Shown here piece after piece: positions 15,001 to 30,000 of a stretch of 64,000 nt of DNA. Origin of the DNA: Raillietiella orientalis (taxonomy: Eukaryota); contig JAYWIR010000121.1 in NCBI GenBank assembly GCA_036172245.1, positions 1 through 64,000 of the forward strand, written 5' to 3'. How positions within the stretch are numbered: the stretch's first letter is position 1; each line of letters begins with the position of its first letter. The notes below the pieces were generated by a model. The model had not been told where the DNA came from and ran no database searches. It was given only the letters and a program-made list of their open reading frames with translations. The translations under genes were made by a program, and so were the position numbers.

Positions 15001-18000
15001 AGGAATTGCTTCTTTCGTTTAGGCGACAATTATTCTGTAACAAATCGGTTGTGTCGCACAGAAATGTCGATGGAACTGGACATATTAGTGCTCTCCGAAA
15101 AATTGCACCTGCGCTTTTGTAATCCAGATTCGGATTTAGACGGTATGTGATCCGAACCATCGAATCTTTGCAGTTGAGTGTTAGAGATGCGTATTTCGTT
15201 TTGTTTTCGATAGCCAAACGAATTCAACGCAGATTGAATTCTTAGAAAATTTTCCTTTCTCAAATAGTGTTTTTATTTCGATTGAAACGCTCTGTTTTAT
15301 GGCGAAGAACCATGGGAAGAACTGCTTATCTTTGCGCATCAGTCGACGTGCACACATAATTCTATCTTAACCATAGATATGCAAACCAGCGGTACAGGGT
15401 TTGAATCCGCTCTGCGCCACTTAACAAACTTTGTCTATCGCTGTGCTTATGCTTCTCAAGAATCAAAATGACAACTAGCGTTGAAATGTAAGTAACCAAC
15501 TGAAGATATTCTTCGTTCGTCGACACAGATCGAATAACCAATCCACGCAGCTAGAGATGTAGTGTCATTTTATGAAAACAAAACAGAAAAGTAACAACCT
15601 CATCGTCATTGCAACCACTTGGAAGGCAATAACTCGAACTTCCGACAACCAATTCCCAATGTTAATCTGAATATGGAATACAACATTGGTGTCTCTTCCT
15701 TTCTCGGAATCGGTTAATTTCTTGATAGCGAACATTCCATGGAAGCTGTCTTACAGGAAAACAGCTATAGTGGAACAAGAGTCAAGATATCTTTGCTCCT
15801 TCAAATTCGAAGAATATAAAAGGGTGTCATTTGATTCGCAACCTTTGTTTCCTGGACAACCAAACAGATGGCCGAGTGTACAACCTCTTGGAAAAAAAAA
15901 CTATTCATCATTGTCCATGATAGCAGTCTAAAGTTGACATGATTTGCGAAGATGATATCAAGAATGGGGATGCGTGATCTTCCTAGCAGGGAATAATTTT
16001 GTCTGCAAGGGAAAACAAGCAAAACTTATTGAAAATGTCAACATAATATAAAAACTCAATACAGAACAGAAGTCACCAACTATCTAAAACAAAAAAATTG
16101 CTTCTTCACGATTTTCAACATTAGTTGCTACGTTAAGAATTCCGTAGTGAATCCGTTGTCACTTGTTGCAATGTCGATGACACTGGACTGGTGAGGTCCC
16201 ACCAAAAAATTGCAGATTGCCGTTGGCAGTCGATTTGCGACTTCTCAACCGTATGAAACGGAAACAATCGGTGCATTCAAAATGAGATCAGCAGATGCAT
16301 GCTAAATTTTAATCATAATTATGTTAAGAAAGCAAGGAAAATAGTGGAATTTTCGAAATTGCGCTGCTTAAATAGCGTCCGCATTTGCAGTGCAACCTTC
16401 AACTTTGTAACGATTCTGCTATGCAGAAATTACCTCTCTTTGCACATCAGTCGACCTCCACACATAGATCAGAATTCGCGATGCAACTGAAACTGTTTTG
16501 CCAGTTTTTATTGTTTCTACGAGCATGGCGCAACTTGGCAAGCCTCGACGATCGAGGTTGCGAATTTTTAGAAAAATTGTAAATAGTAGTCTATATCGAA
16601 GAATAATGTTGATAAAACAAGTTATTCTTTGTTTTTCCAAGCACATCGAAATCGAAATAAAGAGAGGTGAGGGTGTAGTGCCATTGCAGAATCAAAGAAA
16701 AGGAACGAGAAACATCTTCGCTGTTAATGTACTGGGAACGCAGTAACTAGGACTTCCGACGTAGATTTTCTAGTGTGTCTCGGTATATTCAATAGCACTT
16801 ACGTGGGTGCTCTTTTGCCGCCAGGGGCGACATTCATGTGAAAGCACAAGAGCGGAAAGGTCTTTTGCAGAGACAACCTTGTCTTGGAACTGCCGTGGAA
16901 AGATCTATGATTCGTAGTTTACTTTGGCTCTGAATGTTTGGTCTTCACTTTGTGACATTCGTTTCCATGACAATGGGATGGATTTAGAGTGTTCATTTCT
17001 TTGGAAGGAAAGGAAAGTCCGTGTTCTTTATCGCTGTTGTCTTGAACTGTTATCTTCTGTGGAGTACATGTGTGAAGTATGATGATGCATTCTCATCAAA
17101 GCAACGAAAATATACCTGTGCGTAGAAAGTGGAAAGGAACCGAATGAAGACATTAGTTTGCTCGAAAGAATTACTTCGGCACAGACGTAACCAAATCCTA
17201 GAGGAGAACGAGAGCTATTACAGGAATTGCTTCATTCGTTTAGGCGACAATTATTCTGTAACAAATCGATTGTGTCGCACAGAAATGTCGATGGGACTGG
17301 ACATATTAGTGCTCACCGAAATATTGCACCTGCGCTCCTGTAATCCAGATTCGGATTTAGACGGTATGTGATCCGAACCATCGAATCTTTGCAGTTGAGT
17401 GTTAGACATGCGTATTTCGTTATGTTTTCGATAGCCAAACGAAATCAACGCAGATTTAATTCTTAGAAAATTTTCCTTTCTCAAATAGTGTTATTATTTC
17501 GATTGAAACGCTCTGCTTTATGGCGAAGAACCATGGGAAGAACTGCTTATCTTTGCGCATCAGACGACGTGCACACATGATTCTATATTAACCATAGATA
17601 TCCAAACCAGCGGTACAGGGTTTCAATCCGCTCTGCGCCACTTAACAAACTTTGTCTATCGCTGTGCTTATGCTTCTCAAGAATCAAAATGACAACTAGC
17701 GTTGAAATGTAAGTAACCAAGTGAAGGTATTCTTCGTTCGTCGACACAGATCGAATAACCAATCCACGCAGCTAGAGATGTAGTGTCATTTTCTGAAAAC
17801 AAAACAGAAAAGTAACAACCTCTTCGTCATTGCTGCCACATGGAAGGCAATAACTCGAACTTTTGACAACCAATTCCCAATGTTTCTGGGAATATGGAAT
17901 ACAACATTGGTGTCTCTTCCTTTGTCGGAATCGGTGTATTTCTTGATAGCGAACATGCCATGGAAGCTGTCTTACAGGAAAACAGCTGTAGTGGAACAAT

Positions 18001-20992
18001 AGTCAAGATATCTTTGCTCCTTCAAATTCGAAAAATATAAGACGGTGTCATTTGATTCGCAACCTTTGTTTCCTGGACAACGAAACAGATGTCGGAGTGT
18101 ACAATCCCTTGGAAAAAATATCTATTTATCATTGTTCATGATAGCAGTCTAAAGTTGACATGATTTGCGAAGATGATATCAAGAATGCGGATGCGTGATC
18201 TTCCTAGCAGGAAATAATTAGCTCTGCATGGGAAAACAAGCAAAACTCATTGAAAATGACAACTTAATATAATAACTCAATACAGAACAGAAGTCACCAA
18301 CTATCTAAAACAACAGAAATGCTTTTTGACGATTTTCAACATTAGTTGCTACCTTAACAATTCCGTAGTCAATCCGTTGTCACTTGCTGCAATGTCGATG
18401 ACACTGGAATTGTGAGGTCACACCAAAAAATTGCAGATTCCCAATGGCAGTCGATTTGCGACTTGTCAACCGTATGAAACGGAAACAATCGGTTCATTCA
18501 AAATGAGATCTTCATTTGCATGCTAAATTTTAATCATAATTATGTTAACAGAGCAAGGAAAATAGTGGAATTTTCCAAATTGCGCTGCTTAAATTGCGTC
18601 CGCATTTGCAGTGCAATGTTCATTTTTGTAACGATTCGGCTATGCAGAAATTGCCTCTCTTTGCACATCATTCGACGTCCACACATAGATCGGAATTCGC
18701 GATGCAACTGAAACTGTTTTGCCAGTTTTTATTGTTTCTACGAGCATGGCGCAACTTGGCAAGCCTCGACGATCGAGGTTGCGAATTTGTAGAAAAATTG
18801 TAAATAGTAGTCTATATCGAAGAATAATGTTGATAAAACAAGTTATTCTTTGTTTGTCCAAGCACATCGAAATCGAAATAAAGAGAGGTGAGTGTGTAGT
18901 GCCATTCCAGAATCAAAGAAAAGGAACGAGAAACATCTTTGCTGTTAATGTACTGGGAACGCAGTAACTAGGACTTCCGACGTAGATTTTCTAGTGTGTC
19001 TCGGTATATTCAATAGCACTTACGTGGGTGCTCTTTTGCCGCCATGGGCGACATTCATGTGAAAGCACAAGAGCGGAAAGGTCTTTTGCAGAGACAACCT
19101 TGTCTTGGAACTGCCGTGGAAAGATCTATGATTCGTAGTTTACTTTGGCTCTGAATGTTTGGTCTTCAATTTGTGACATTCGTTTCCATGACAATGGGAT
19201 GGATTTAGAGTGTTCATTTCTTTGGAAGGAAAGGAAAGTCCGTGTTCTTTATCGCTGTTGTCTTGAACTGTTATCTTCTATGGAGTACATGTGTGAAGTA
19301 TGCCGATGCATTCTCATCAAAGCAACGAAAATATACCTGTGCGTAGAAAGTGGAAAGCAACCGAATGAAGACATTAGTTTGCTCGAAAGAATTACTTCGG
19401 CACAGACGTAACCAAATCCTAGAGGAGAACGAGTGCTATTACAGGAATTGCTTCATTCGTTTTGGCGACAATTATTCTGTAACAAATCAGTTGTGTCGCA
19501 CAGAAATGTCGATGGAACTGGACATATTAGTGCTCACCGAAAAATTGCACCTGCGCTCCTGTAATCCAGATTTGGATTTAGACGGTATGTGATCCGAACC
19601 ATCGAATCTTTGCAGTTGAGTGTTAGAGATGCGTATTTCGTTATGTTTTCGATAGCCAAACGAATTCAACGCAGATTGAATTCTTAGAAAATTTTCCTTT
19701 CTCAAATAGTGTTATTATTTCGATTGAAACGCTCTGCTTTATGGCGAAGAACCATGGGAAGAACTGCTTATGTTTGCGCATCAGTCGACGTGCACACATA
19801 ATTCTATATTAACTATAGATATTCAAACCAGCTGCACAGGGTTTGAATCCGCTTTGCGCCACTTAAAGAACTCTGTCTATGGCTGTGCTTATGCTTTCCG
19901 AGAATCAAAATGACAACTAGCGTTGAAATGTTAGTAACCAAGTGAAGGCATTCTTCGTTCGTCGACACAGATCGAATGGCCAATCCAAGCAGCTAGAGAT
20001 GTAGTGTCATTTTATGAAAACAAAACAGAAAAGTAACAACCTCTTCGTCATTGCTGCCACATGGAAGCCAATAACTCGAACTTCCGACAAGCAATTCCCA
20101 ATGTTTCTCGGAATATGGAATACAACATTGGTGTCTTTTCCTTTGTCGGAATCGGTTAATTTCTTCATAGCGAACATGCCATGGAAGCTGTCTTGCAGGA
20201 AAACAGCTGTTGTGGAACAAGAGTCAAGATATCTTTGCTCCTTCAAATTCGAAGAATATAAAAGGGTGTCATTTGTTTCGCAACCTTTGTTTCCTGGACA
20301 ACGAAACAGATGTCGGAGTGTACAATCCCTTGGAAAAAATAACTATTCATCATTCTTCATGATAGCAGTCTAAAGTTGACTTATTTGCGAAGATGATATC
20401 AAGAATGCCGATGCGTGATCTTCCTAGCAGGAAATAATTAGCTCTGCATGGGAAAACAAGCAAAACTCATTGAAAATGTCAACTTAATATAATAACTTAA
20501 TACAGAACAGAAGTCACCAACTATCCAAAACAACAGAAATGCTTTTTGACGATTTTCAACATTAGTTGCTACGTCAACAATTCCGTAGTCAATCCGTTGT
20601 CACTTGCTGCAATGTCGCTGACACTGGAATTGTGAGGTCACACCAAAAAATTGCAGATTCCCAATGGCAGTCGATTTGCGACTTGTCAACCGTATGAAAC
20701 GGAAACAATCGTTGCATTCGAAATGAGATCAGCAGACGCATGCTAAATTTTTAACATAATTATGTTAAGAAAGCAAGGAAAATAGTGGAATTTTCCAAAT
20801 TGCGCTGCTTAAATGGCGTCCGCATTTGCAGTGCAACCTTCATTTTTGTAACGATTCGGCTATGCAGAAATTGCCTCTCTTTGCAAATCAGTCGACGTCC
20901 ACACATAGATCAGAATTCGCGATGCAACTGAAACTGTTTTGCCAGTTTTTATTGTTTCTACGAGCATGGCGCAACTTGGCAAGCCTCGACGA
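1..20992. repeat. Long-monomer tandem satellite (macrosatellite), ~2220-bp unit, left of gap (9 full + 1 partial copies; continues off the left edge)
   Basis: Marker GCTAGAGATGTAGTGTC recurs at ~19, 2239, 4459, 6668, 8889, 11109, 13329, 15550, 17771, 19991; the ORF track repeats with the same ~2.22-kb period; copies differ mostly by substitutions. Confidence 0.98.
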
Positions 20993-21092
20993 NNNNNNNN
21001 NNNNNNNNNNNNNNNNNNNNNNNNNNNNNNNNNNNNNNNNNNNNNNNNNNNNNNNNNNNNNNNNNNNNNNNNNNNNNNNNNNNNNNNNNNNN
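20993..21092. other. Assembly gap (100 N)
   Basis: Exactly 100 N. Sequence resumes at TGGGAAAACAAGC, a monomer phase earlier than where it stopped (equivalent to ~20449), so the true gap size is unknown. Confidence 0.99.
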
Positions 21093-24000
21093 TGGGAAAA
21101 CAAGCAAAACTCATTGAAAATGTCAACTTAATATAATAACTTAATACAGAACAGAAGTCACCAACTATCCAAAACAACAGAAATGCTTTTTGACGATTTT
21201 CAACATTAGTTGCTACGTCAACAATTCCGTAGTCAATCCGTTGTCACTTGCTGCAATGTCGCTGACACTGGAATTGTGAGGTCACACCAAAAAATTGCAG
21301 ATTCCCAATGGCAGTCGATTTGCGACTTGTCAACCGTATGAAACGGAAACAATCGGTGCATTCGAAATGAGATCAGCAGATGCATACTAAATTTTAATCA
21401 CAATTATGTTAAGAAAGCAAGGAAAATAGTAAAATTTTCCAAATTGCGCTGCTTAAATGGCGTCCGCATTTGCAGTGCAACCTTTAACTTTGTAACGATT
21501 CAGCTATGCAGAAATTGCCTCTCTTTGCACATCAGTCGACGTCCACACATAGATCAGAATTCGCGATGCAACTGAAACTGTTTTGCCAGTTTTTATTGTT
21601 TCTACGAGCATGGCGCAACTTGGCAAGCCTCGACGATCGAGGTTGCGAATTTTTAGAAAAATTGTAAATAGTAGTCTATATCGAAGAATAATGTTGATAA
21701 AACAAGTTATTCTTTGTTTGTCCAAGCACATCGAAATCGAAATAAAGAGAGGTGAGTGTGTAGTGCCATTCCAGAATCAAAGAAAAGGAACGAGAAACAT
21801 CTTTGCTGTTAATGTACTGGGAACGCAGTAACTAGGACTTCCGACGTAGATTTTCTAGTGTGTCTCGGTATATTCAATAGCACTTACGTGGGTGCTCTTT
21901 TGCCGCCATGGGCGACATTCATGTGAAAGCACAAGAGCGGAAAGGTCTTTTGCAGAGACAACCTTGTCGTGGAACTGCCGTGGAAAGATCTATGATTCGT
22001 AGTTTACTTTGGCTCTGAATGTTTGGTCTTCAATTTGTGACATTCGTTTCCATGACAATGGGATGGATTTAGAGTGTTCATTTCTTTGGAAGGAAAGGAA
22101 AGTCCGTGTTCTTTATCGCTGTTGTCTTGAACTGTTATCTTCTGTGGAGTACATGTGTGAAGTATGATGATGCATTCTCATCAAAGCAACGAAAATATAC
22201 CTGTGCGTAGAAAGTGGAAAGGAACCGAATGAAGACATTAGTTTGCTCGAAAGAATTACTTCGTTACAGACGTAACCAAATCCTAGAGGAGAACGAGAGG
22301 TATTACAGGAATTGCTTCATTCGTTTAGGCGACAATTATTCTGTAACAAATCGATTGTGTCGCACAGAAATGTCGATGGGACTGGACATATTAGTGCTCA
22401 CCGAAATATTGCACCTGCGCTCCTGTAATCCAGATTCGATTTAGACGGTATGTGATCCGAACCATCGAATCTTTGCAGTTGAGTACATATGCGTACTTGC
22501 CGCGTTTTCGATAGCCAAACGAATATAACGCAGATTTAATTCTTAGAAAATTTTCCTTTCTCAAATAGTGTAATTATTTCGATTTAAACGCTCTGCTTTA
22601 TGGCGAAGAACCATGGAAAGAACTGCTTATCTTTGCGCATCAGTCGACGTGCACACATGATTCTATATTAACCATAGATATCCAAACCAGCGGTACAGGG
22701 TTTGATTCCGCTCTGCGCAACTTAAAAAACTTTGTCTATCGCTGTGCTTATGCTTTCCGAGAATCAAAATGACAACTAGCGTTGAAATGTTAGTATTCAA
22801 GAAGGCATTCTTCGTTCGTCGACACAGATCGAATGGCCAATCCAAGCAGCTAGAGATGTAGTGTCATTTTATGAAAACAAAACAGAAAAGTAACAACCTC
22901 ATCGTCATTGCTGCCACATGGAAGCCAATAACTCGAACTTCCCCGACAAGCAATTCCCAATGTTTCTGAATATGGAATACAACATTAAAGGTTTTGCTTT
23001 GTCGGAATCGGTTAATTTCTTCATAGCGAACAAGCCATGGAAGCTGTCTTGCAGGAAAACAGCTGTAGTGTAACAAGAGTCAAGATATCTTTGCTCCTTC
23101 AAATTCGAAGAATATAAAGGGTGTCATTTGATTGTCATTTGTTTCGCAAACTTTGTTTTGGACAACGAAACAGATGTCGGAGTGTACAATCCCTTGGAAA
23201 AAATAACTATTTATCATTCTTCATGATAGCAGTCTAAAGTTGACTTATTTGCGAAGATGATATCAAGAATGCCGATGCGTGATCTTCCTAGCAGGAAATA
23301 ATTAGCTCTGCATGGGAAAACAAGCAAAACTCATTGAAAATGTCAACTTAATATAATAACTTAATACAGAACAGAAGTCACCAACTATCCAAAACAACAG
23401 AAATGCTTTTTGACGATTTTAACATTAGTTGCTACGTCAACAATTCCGTAGTCAATCCGTTGTCACTTGCTGCAATGTCGCTGACACTGGAATTGTGAGG
23501 TCACACCAAAAAATTGCAGATTCCCAATGGCAGTCGATTTGCGACTTGTCAACCGTATGAAACGGAAACAATCGTTGCATTCGAAATGAGATCAGCAGAC
23601 GCATGCTAAATTTTAATCATAATTATTTTAAGAAAGCAAGGAAAATAGTGGAATTTTCCAAATTGCGCTGCTTAAATGGCGTCCGCATTTGCAGTGCAAC
23701 CTTCATTTTTGTAACGATTCGGCTATGCAGAAATTGCCTCTCTTTGCAAATCAGTCGACGTCCACACATAGATCAGAATTCGCGATGCAACTGAAACTGT
23801 TTTGCCAGTTTTTATTGTTTCAATAATGAGCATGGCGCAACTTGGCAAGCCTCGACGATCGAGGTTGCGAATTTTTAGAACAATTGGTAGGCTCATATCG
23901 AAGAATAATGTCTGATAACAAGTTATCTTTTGTTTTGGCAAGCACATCGAAATCGAAATAAAGAGAGGTGAGGGTGTAGTGCCATTGCAGAATCAAAGAA

Positions 24001-27000
24001 AAGGAACGAGAAACATCTTTGCTGTTAATGTACTGGGAACGCAGTAACTAGGACTTCCGACGTAGATTTTCTAGTGTGTCTCGGTATATTCAATAGCACT
24101 TACGTGGGTGCTCTTTTGCCGCCAGGGGCGACATTCATGTGAAAGCACAAGAGCGGAAAGGCTTGCAGAGACAACCTTGTCTTGGAACTGCCGTGGAAAG
24201 ATCTATGATTCGTAGTTTACTTTGGCTCTGAATGTTTGGTCTTCAATTTGTTACATTCGTTTCCATGACAATGGGATGGATTTAGAGTGTTCATTTCTTT
24301 GGAAGGAAAGGAAAGTCCGTGTTCTTTATCGCTGTTGTCTTGAACTGTTATCTTCTGTGGAGTACATGTGTGAAGTATGCCGATGCATTCTCATCAAAGC
24401 AACGAAAATATACCTGTGCGTAGATAGTGGAAAGGAACCGAATGAAGACATTAGTTTGCTCGAAAGAATTACTTCGGCACAGACGTAACCAAATCCTAGA
24501 GGAGAACGAGTGCTATTACAGGAATTGCTTCATTCGTTCAGGCGACAATTATTCTGTAACAAATCGGTTGTGTCGCACAGAAATGTCGATGGGACTGGAC
24601 ATATTAGTGCTCACCGAAATATTGCACCTGCGCTCCTTTAATCCAGATTCGGATTTAGACGGTATGTGATCCGAACCATCGAATCTTAGCAGTTGAGTGT
24701 TAGACATGCGTATTTCGTTATGTTTCCGATAGCCAAACGAAATCAACGCAGATTTAATTCTTGGAAAATTTTCCTTTCTCAAATAGTGTTATTATTTCGA
24801 TTGAAACGCCCTGCTTTATGGCGAGGGAACCATGGGAAGAACTGGTTATCTTTGGTGCATCAGTCGACGTGCACACATGATTCTATATTAACCATAGATA
24901 TCCAAACCAGCGGTACAGGGTTTGAATACGCTCTGCGCCACTTAACAAACTTTGTCTATCGCTGTGCTTATGCTTCTCAAGAATCAAAATGACAACTAGC
25001 GTTGAAATGTAACTAACCAGAAGATATTATTCTTTCGTCGACACAGATCGAATAACCAATCCACGCAGCTAGAGATGTAGTGTCATTTTATGAAAAAACA
25101 AAACAGGAAAAGTAACAACCTCTTCGTCATTGCTGCCACATGGAAGGCAATAACTCGAACTTCCGACAACCAATTCCCAATGTTTCTCGGAATATGGAAT
25201 ACAACATTGGTGTCTCTTCCTTTCTCAAAATTGGTTAATTTCTTCATAGCGAACATGCCATGGAAGCTGACTTACAGGAAAACAGCTGTAGTGTAACAAG
25301 AGTCAAGATATCTTTGCTCCTTCAAATTCGAAGAATATAAAAGGGTGTCATTTGATTCGCAACCTTTGTTTCCTGGACAACGAAACAGATGTCGGATTGT
25401 GCAATCCATTGCAAAAAATAACTTTTTATCATTCTTCATGATAGCAGTCTAAAGTTGAGATGATTTGCGAAGATGATATCAAGAATGCGGATGCGTGATC
25501 TTCCTAGCAGGAAATAATTAGCTCTGCATGGGAAAACAAGCAAAACTCATTGTAAATGTCAACATAATATTATAACTCAATACAGAACAGAAGTCACCAA
25601 CTATCTAAAACAACAGAAATGCTTTTTGACGATTTTCAACATTAGTTGCTACGTTAACAATTCCGTAGTCAATCCGTTGTCACTTGCTGCAATGTCGATG
25701 ACACTGGACTTGTGAGGTCACACCAAAAAATTGCAGATTCCCAATGGCAGTCGATTTGCGACTTGTCAACCGTATGAAACGGAAACAATCGGTGCATTCA
25801 AAATGAGATCTTCAGCTGCATGCTAAATTTTTATCATATTTATGTTAAGAAAGCAAGGAAAATAGTGGAATTTTCCAAATTGCGCTGCTTAAATGGCGTC
25901 CGCATTTGCAGTGCAACCTTCAACTTTGTAACGATTCTGCTATGCAGAAATTGCCTCTCTTTGCACATCAGTCGACCTCCACACATAGATCAGAATTCGC
26001 GATGCAACTGAAACTGTTGTGCCAGTTTTTATTGTTTCCATGAGCATGGAGCAACTTGGCAAACCTCGTCGATCGAGGTTGCGAATTTTAAGTGAAATTG
26101 TAAATAGCAGGCTGTATCGAAGAAAATGTTGATAAAACAAGTTATTCTTTGTTTGTCCAAGCAGATCGAAATCGAAATAAACAGAGGGGAGGGTGTAGTG
26201 CGATTGCAGAATAAAAGAAAAGGAACGAAAAACACGTTTGCTGTTAATGTACTGGGAACGCAGTAACTACGACATCCGATGTAGATTTTCTAGTGTGTCT
26301 CGGTATATTGAATAGTACTTACGTGGGTGCTCTTAGCCGCCATGGGCCACATTCTTGTGAAAGCACAAGAGCGGAAAGATCTTTTGAAGAGAACACCTTG
26401 TCTTGGAACTGCCGTGGAAAGATCCATGATTCGTAGTTTACTTTGGCTCTGAATGTTTGGTCTTCAATTTGTGACATTCGTTTCCATGACAATGGGATGG
26501 ATTTAGAGTGTTCATTTCTTTGGAAGGAAAGGAAAGTCCGTGTTCTTTATCGCTGTTGTCTTGAACTGTTATCTTCTGTGGAGTACATGTGTGAAGTATG
26601 CCGATGCATTCTCATCAAAGCATCGAAAATATACCTGTGCGTAGATAGTGGAAAGGAACCGAATGAAGACATTAGTTTGCTCGAAAGAATTACTTCGGCA
26701 CAGACGTAACCAAATCCTAGAGGAAAACGAGTGCTATTACAGGAATTGCTTAGGCGACAATTATTCTGTAACAAATCGGTTGTGTCGCACAGAAATGTCG
26801 ATGGGACTGGACATATTAGTGCTCACCGAAATATTGCACCTGCGCTCCTGTAATCCAGATTCGGATTTAGACGGTATGGGATCCGAACCATCGAATCTTT
26901 GCAGTTGAGTGTTAGACATGCGTATTTCGTTATGTTTCCGATAGCCAAACGAAATCAACGCAGATTTAATTCTTAGAAAATTTTCCTTTCTCAAATAGTG

Positions 27001-30000
27001 TTATTATTTCGATTGAAACGCTCTGCTTTATGGCGAGGAACCATGGGAAGAACTGCTTATCTTTGCGCATCAGTCGACGTGCACACATGATTCTATATTA
27101 ACCATAGATATCCAAACCAGCGGTACAGGGTTTGATTCCGCTCTGCGCCACTTTACAAACTTTGTCTATCGCTGTGCTTATGCTTTCCGAGAATCAAAAT
27201 GACAACTAGCGTTGAAATGATAGTATTCAAGAAAGCATTCTTCGTTCGTCGACACAGATCGAATGGCCAATCCAAGCAGCTAGAGATGTAGTGTCATTTT
27301 ATGAAAACAAAACAGAAAAGTAACAACCTCTTCGTCATTGCTGCCACATGGAAGGCAATAACTCGAACTTCCGACAAGCAATTCCCAATGTTTCTCGGAA
27401 TATGGAATACAACATTGGTGTCTCTTCCTTTGTCGGAATCGGTTAATTTCTTCATAGCGAACATGCCATGGAAGCTGTCTTGCAGGAAAACAGCTGTTGT
27501 GGAACAAGAGTCAAGATATCTTTGCTCCTTCAAATTCGAAGAATATAAAAGGGTGCCATTTGTTTCGCAACCTTTGTTTCCTGGACAACGAAACAGATGT
27601 CGGAGTGTACAATCCCTTGGAAAAAATAACTATTTATCATTCTTCATGATAGCAGTCTAATGTTCACTTATTTGCGAAGATGATATCAAGAATGCCGATG
27701 CGTGATCTTCCTAGCAGGAAATAATTAGCTCTGCATGGGAAAACAAGCAAAACTCATTGAAAATGTCAACTTAATATAATAACTTAATACAGAACAGAAG
27801 TCACCAACTATCCAAAACAACAGAAATGCTTTTTGACGATTTTCAACATTAGTTGCTACGTCAACAATTCCGTAGTCAATCCGTTGTCACTTGCTGCAAT
27901 GTCGCTGACACTGGAATTGTGAGGTCACACCAAAAAATTGCAGATTCCCAATGGCAGTCGATTTGCGACTTGTCAACCGTATGAAACGGAAACAATCGTT
28001 GCATTCGAAATGAGATCAGCAGACGCATGCTAAATTTTAATCATAATTATGTTAAGAAAGCAAGGAAAATAGTGGAATTTTCCAAATTGCGCTGCTTAAA
28101 TGGCGTCCGCATTTGCAGTGCAACCTTCATTTTTGTAACGATTCGGCTATGCAGAAATTGCCTCTCTTTGCAAATCAGTCGACGTCCACACATAGATCAG
28201 AATTCGCGATGCAACTGAAACTGTTTTGCCAGTTTTTATTGTTTCTACGAGCATGGCGCAACTTGGCAAGCCTCGACGATCGAGGTTGCGAATTTTTAGA
28301 AAAATTGTAAATAGTAGTCTATATCGAAGAATAATGTTGACAAAAAACGAGTTATTCTTTGTTTTTCCAAGCACATCGAAATCGAAATAAAGAGAGGTGA
28401 GGGTGTAGTGCCATTGCAGAATCAAAGAAAAGGAACGAGAAACATCTTTGCTGTTAATGTACTGGGAACGCAGTAACTAGGACTTCCGACGTAGATTTTC
28501 TAGTGTGTCTCGGTATATTCAATAGCACTTACGTGGGTGCTCTTTTGCCGCCAGGGGCGACATTCATGTGAAAGCACAATAGCGGAAAGGTCTTTTGCAG
28601 AGACAACCTTGTCTTGGAACTGCCGTGGAAAGATCTATGATTCGTAGTTTACTTTGGCTCTGAATGTTTGGTCTTCAATTTGTGACATTCGTTTCCATGA
28701 CAATGGGATGGATTTAGAGTGTTCATTTCTTTGGAAGGAAAGGAAAGTCCGTGTTCTTTATCGCTGTTGTCTTGAACTGTTATCTTCTGTGGAGTACATG
28801 TGTGAAGTATGCCGATGCATTCTCATCAAAGCATCGAAAATATACCTGTGCGTAGATAGTGGAAAGGAACCGAATGAAGACATTAGTTTGCTCGAAAGAA
28901 TTACTTCGGCACAGACGTAACCAAATCCTAGAGGAAAACGAGTGCTATTACAGGAATTGCTTCATTCGTTTAGGCGACAATTATTCTGTAACAAATCGGT
29001 TGTGTCGCACAGAAATGTCGATGGGACTGGACATATTAGTGCTCACCGAAATATTGCACCTGCGCTCCTGTAATCCAGATTCGGATTTAGACGGTATGTG
29101 ATCCGAACCATCGAATCTTTGCAGTTGAGTGTTAGACATGCGTATTTCGTTATGTTTCCGATAGCCAAACGAAATCAACGCAGATTTAATTCTTAGAAAA
29201 TTTTCCTTTCTCAAATAGTGTTATTATTTCGATTGAAACGCTCTGCTTTATGGCGAGGAACCATGGGAAGAACTGCTTATCTTTGCGCATCAGTCGACGT
29301 GCACACATGATTCTATATTAACCATAGATATCCAAACCAGCGGTACAGGGTTTGAATACGCTCTGCGCCACTTAACAAACTTTGTCTATCGCTGTGCTTA
29401 TGCTTCTCAAGAATCAAAATGACAACTAGCGTTGAAATGTAAGTAACCAAGTGAAGATATTCTTCTTTCGTCGACACAGATCGAATAACCAATCCACGCA
29501 GCTAGAGATGTAGTGTCATTTTATGAAAACAAAACAGAAAAGTAACAACCTCATCGTCATTGCTGCCACTTGAAAGGCAATAACTCGAACTTCCGACAAC
29601 CAATTCCCAATGTTTCTCGGAATATGGAATACAACATTGGTGTCTCTTCCTTTCTCGGAATCAGTTAATTTCTTCATAGCGAACATGCCATGGAAGCTGA
29701 CTTACAGGAAAACAGCTGTAGTGTAACAAGAGTCAAGATATCTTTGCTCCTTCAAATTCGAAGAATATAAAAGGGTGTCATTTGATTCGCAACCTTTGTT
29801 TCCTGGACAACGAAACAGATGTCGGAGTGTACAATCCATTGCAAAAAATAACTATTTATCATTCTTCATGATAGCAGTCTAAAGTTGACATGATTTGCGA
29901 AGATGATATCAAGAATGCGGATGCGTGATCTTCCTAGCAGGAAATAATTAGCTCTGCATGGGAAAACAAGCAAAACTCATTGAAAATGTCAACATAATAT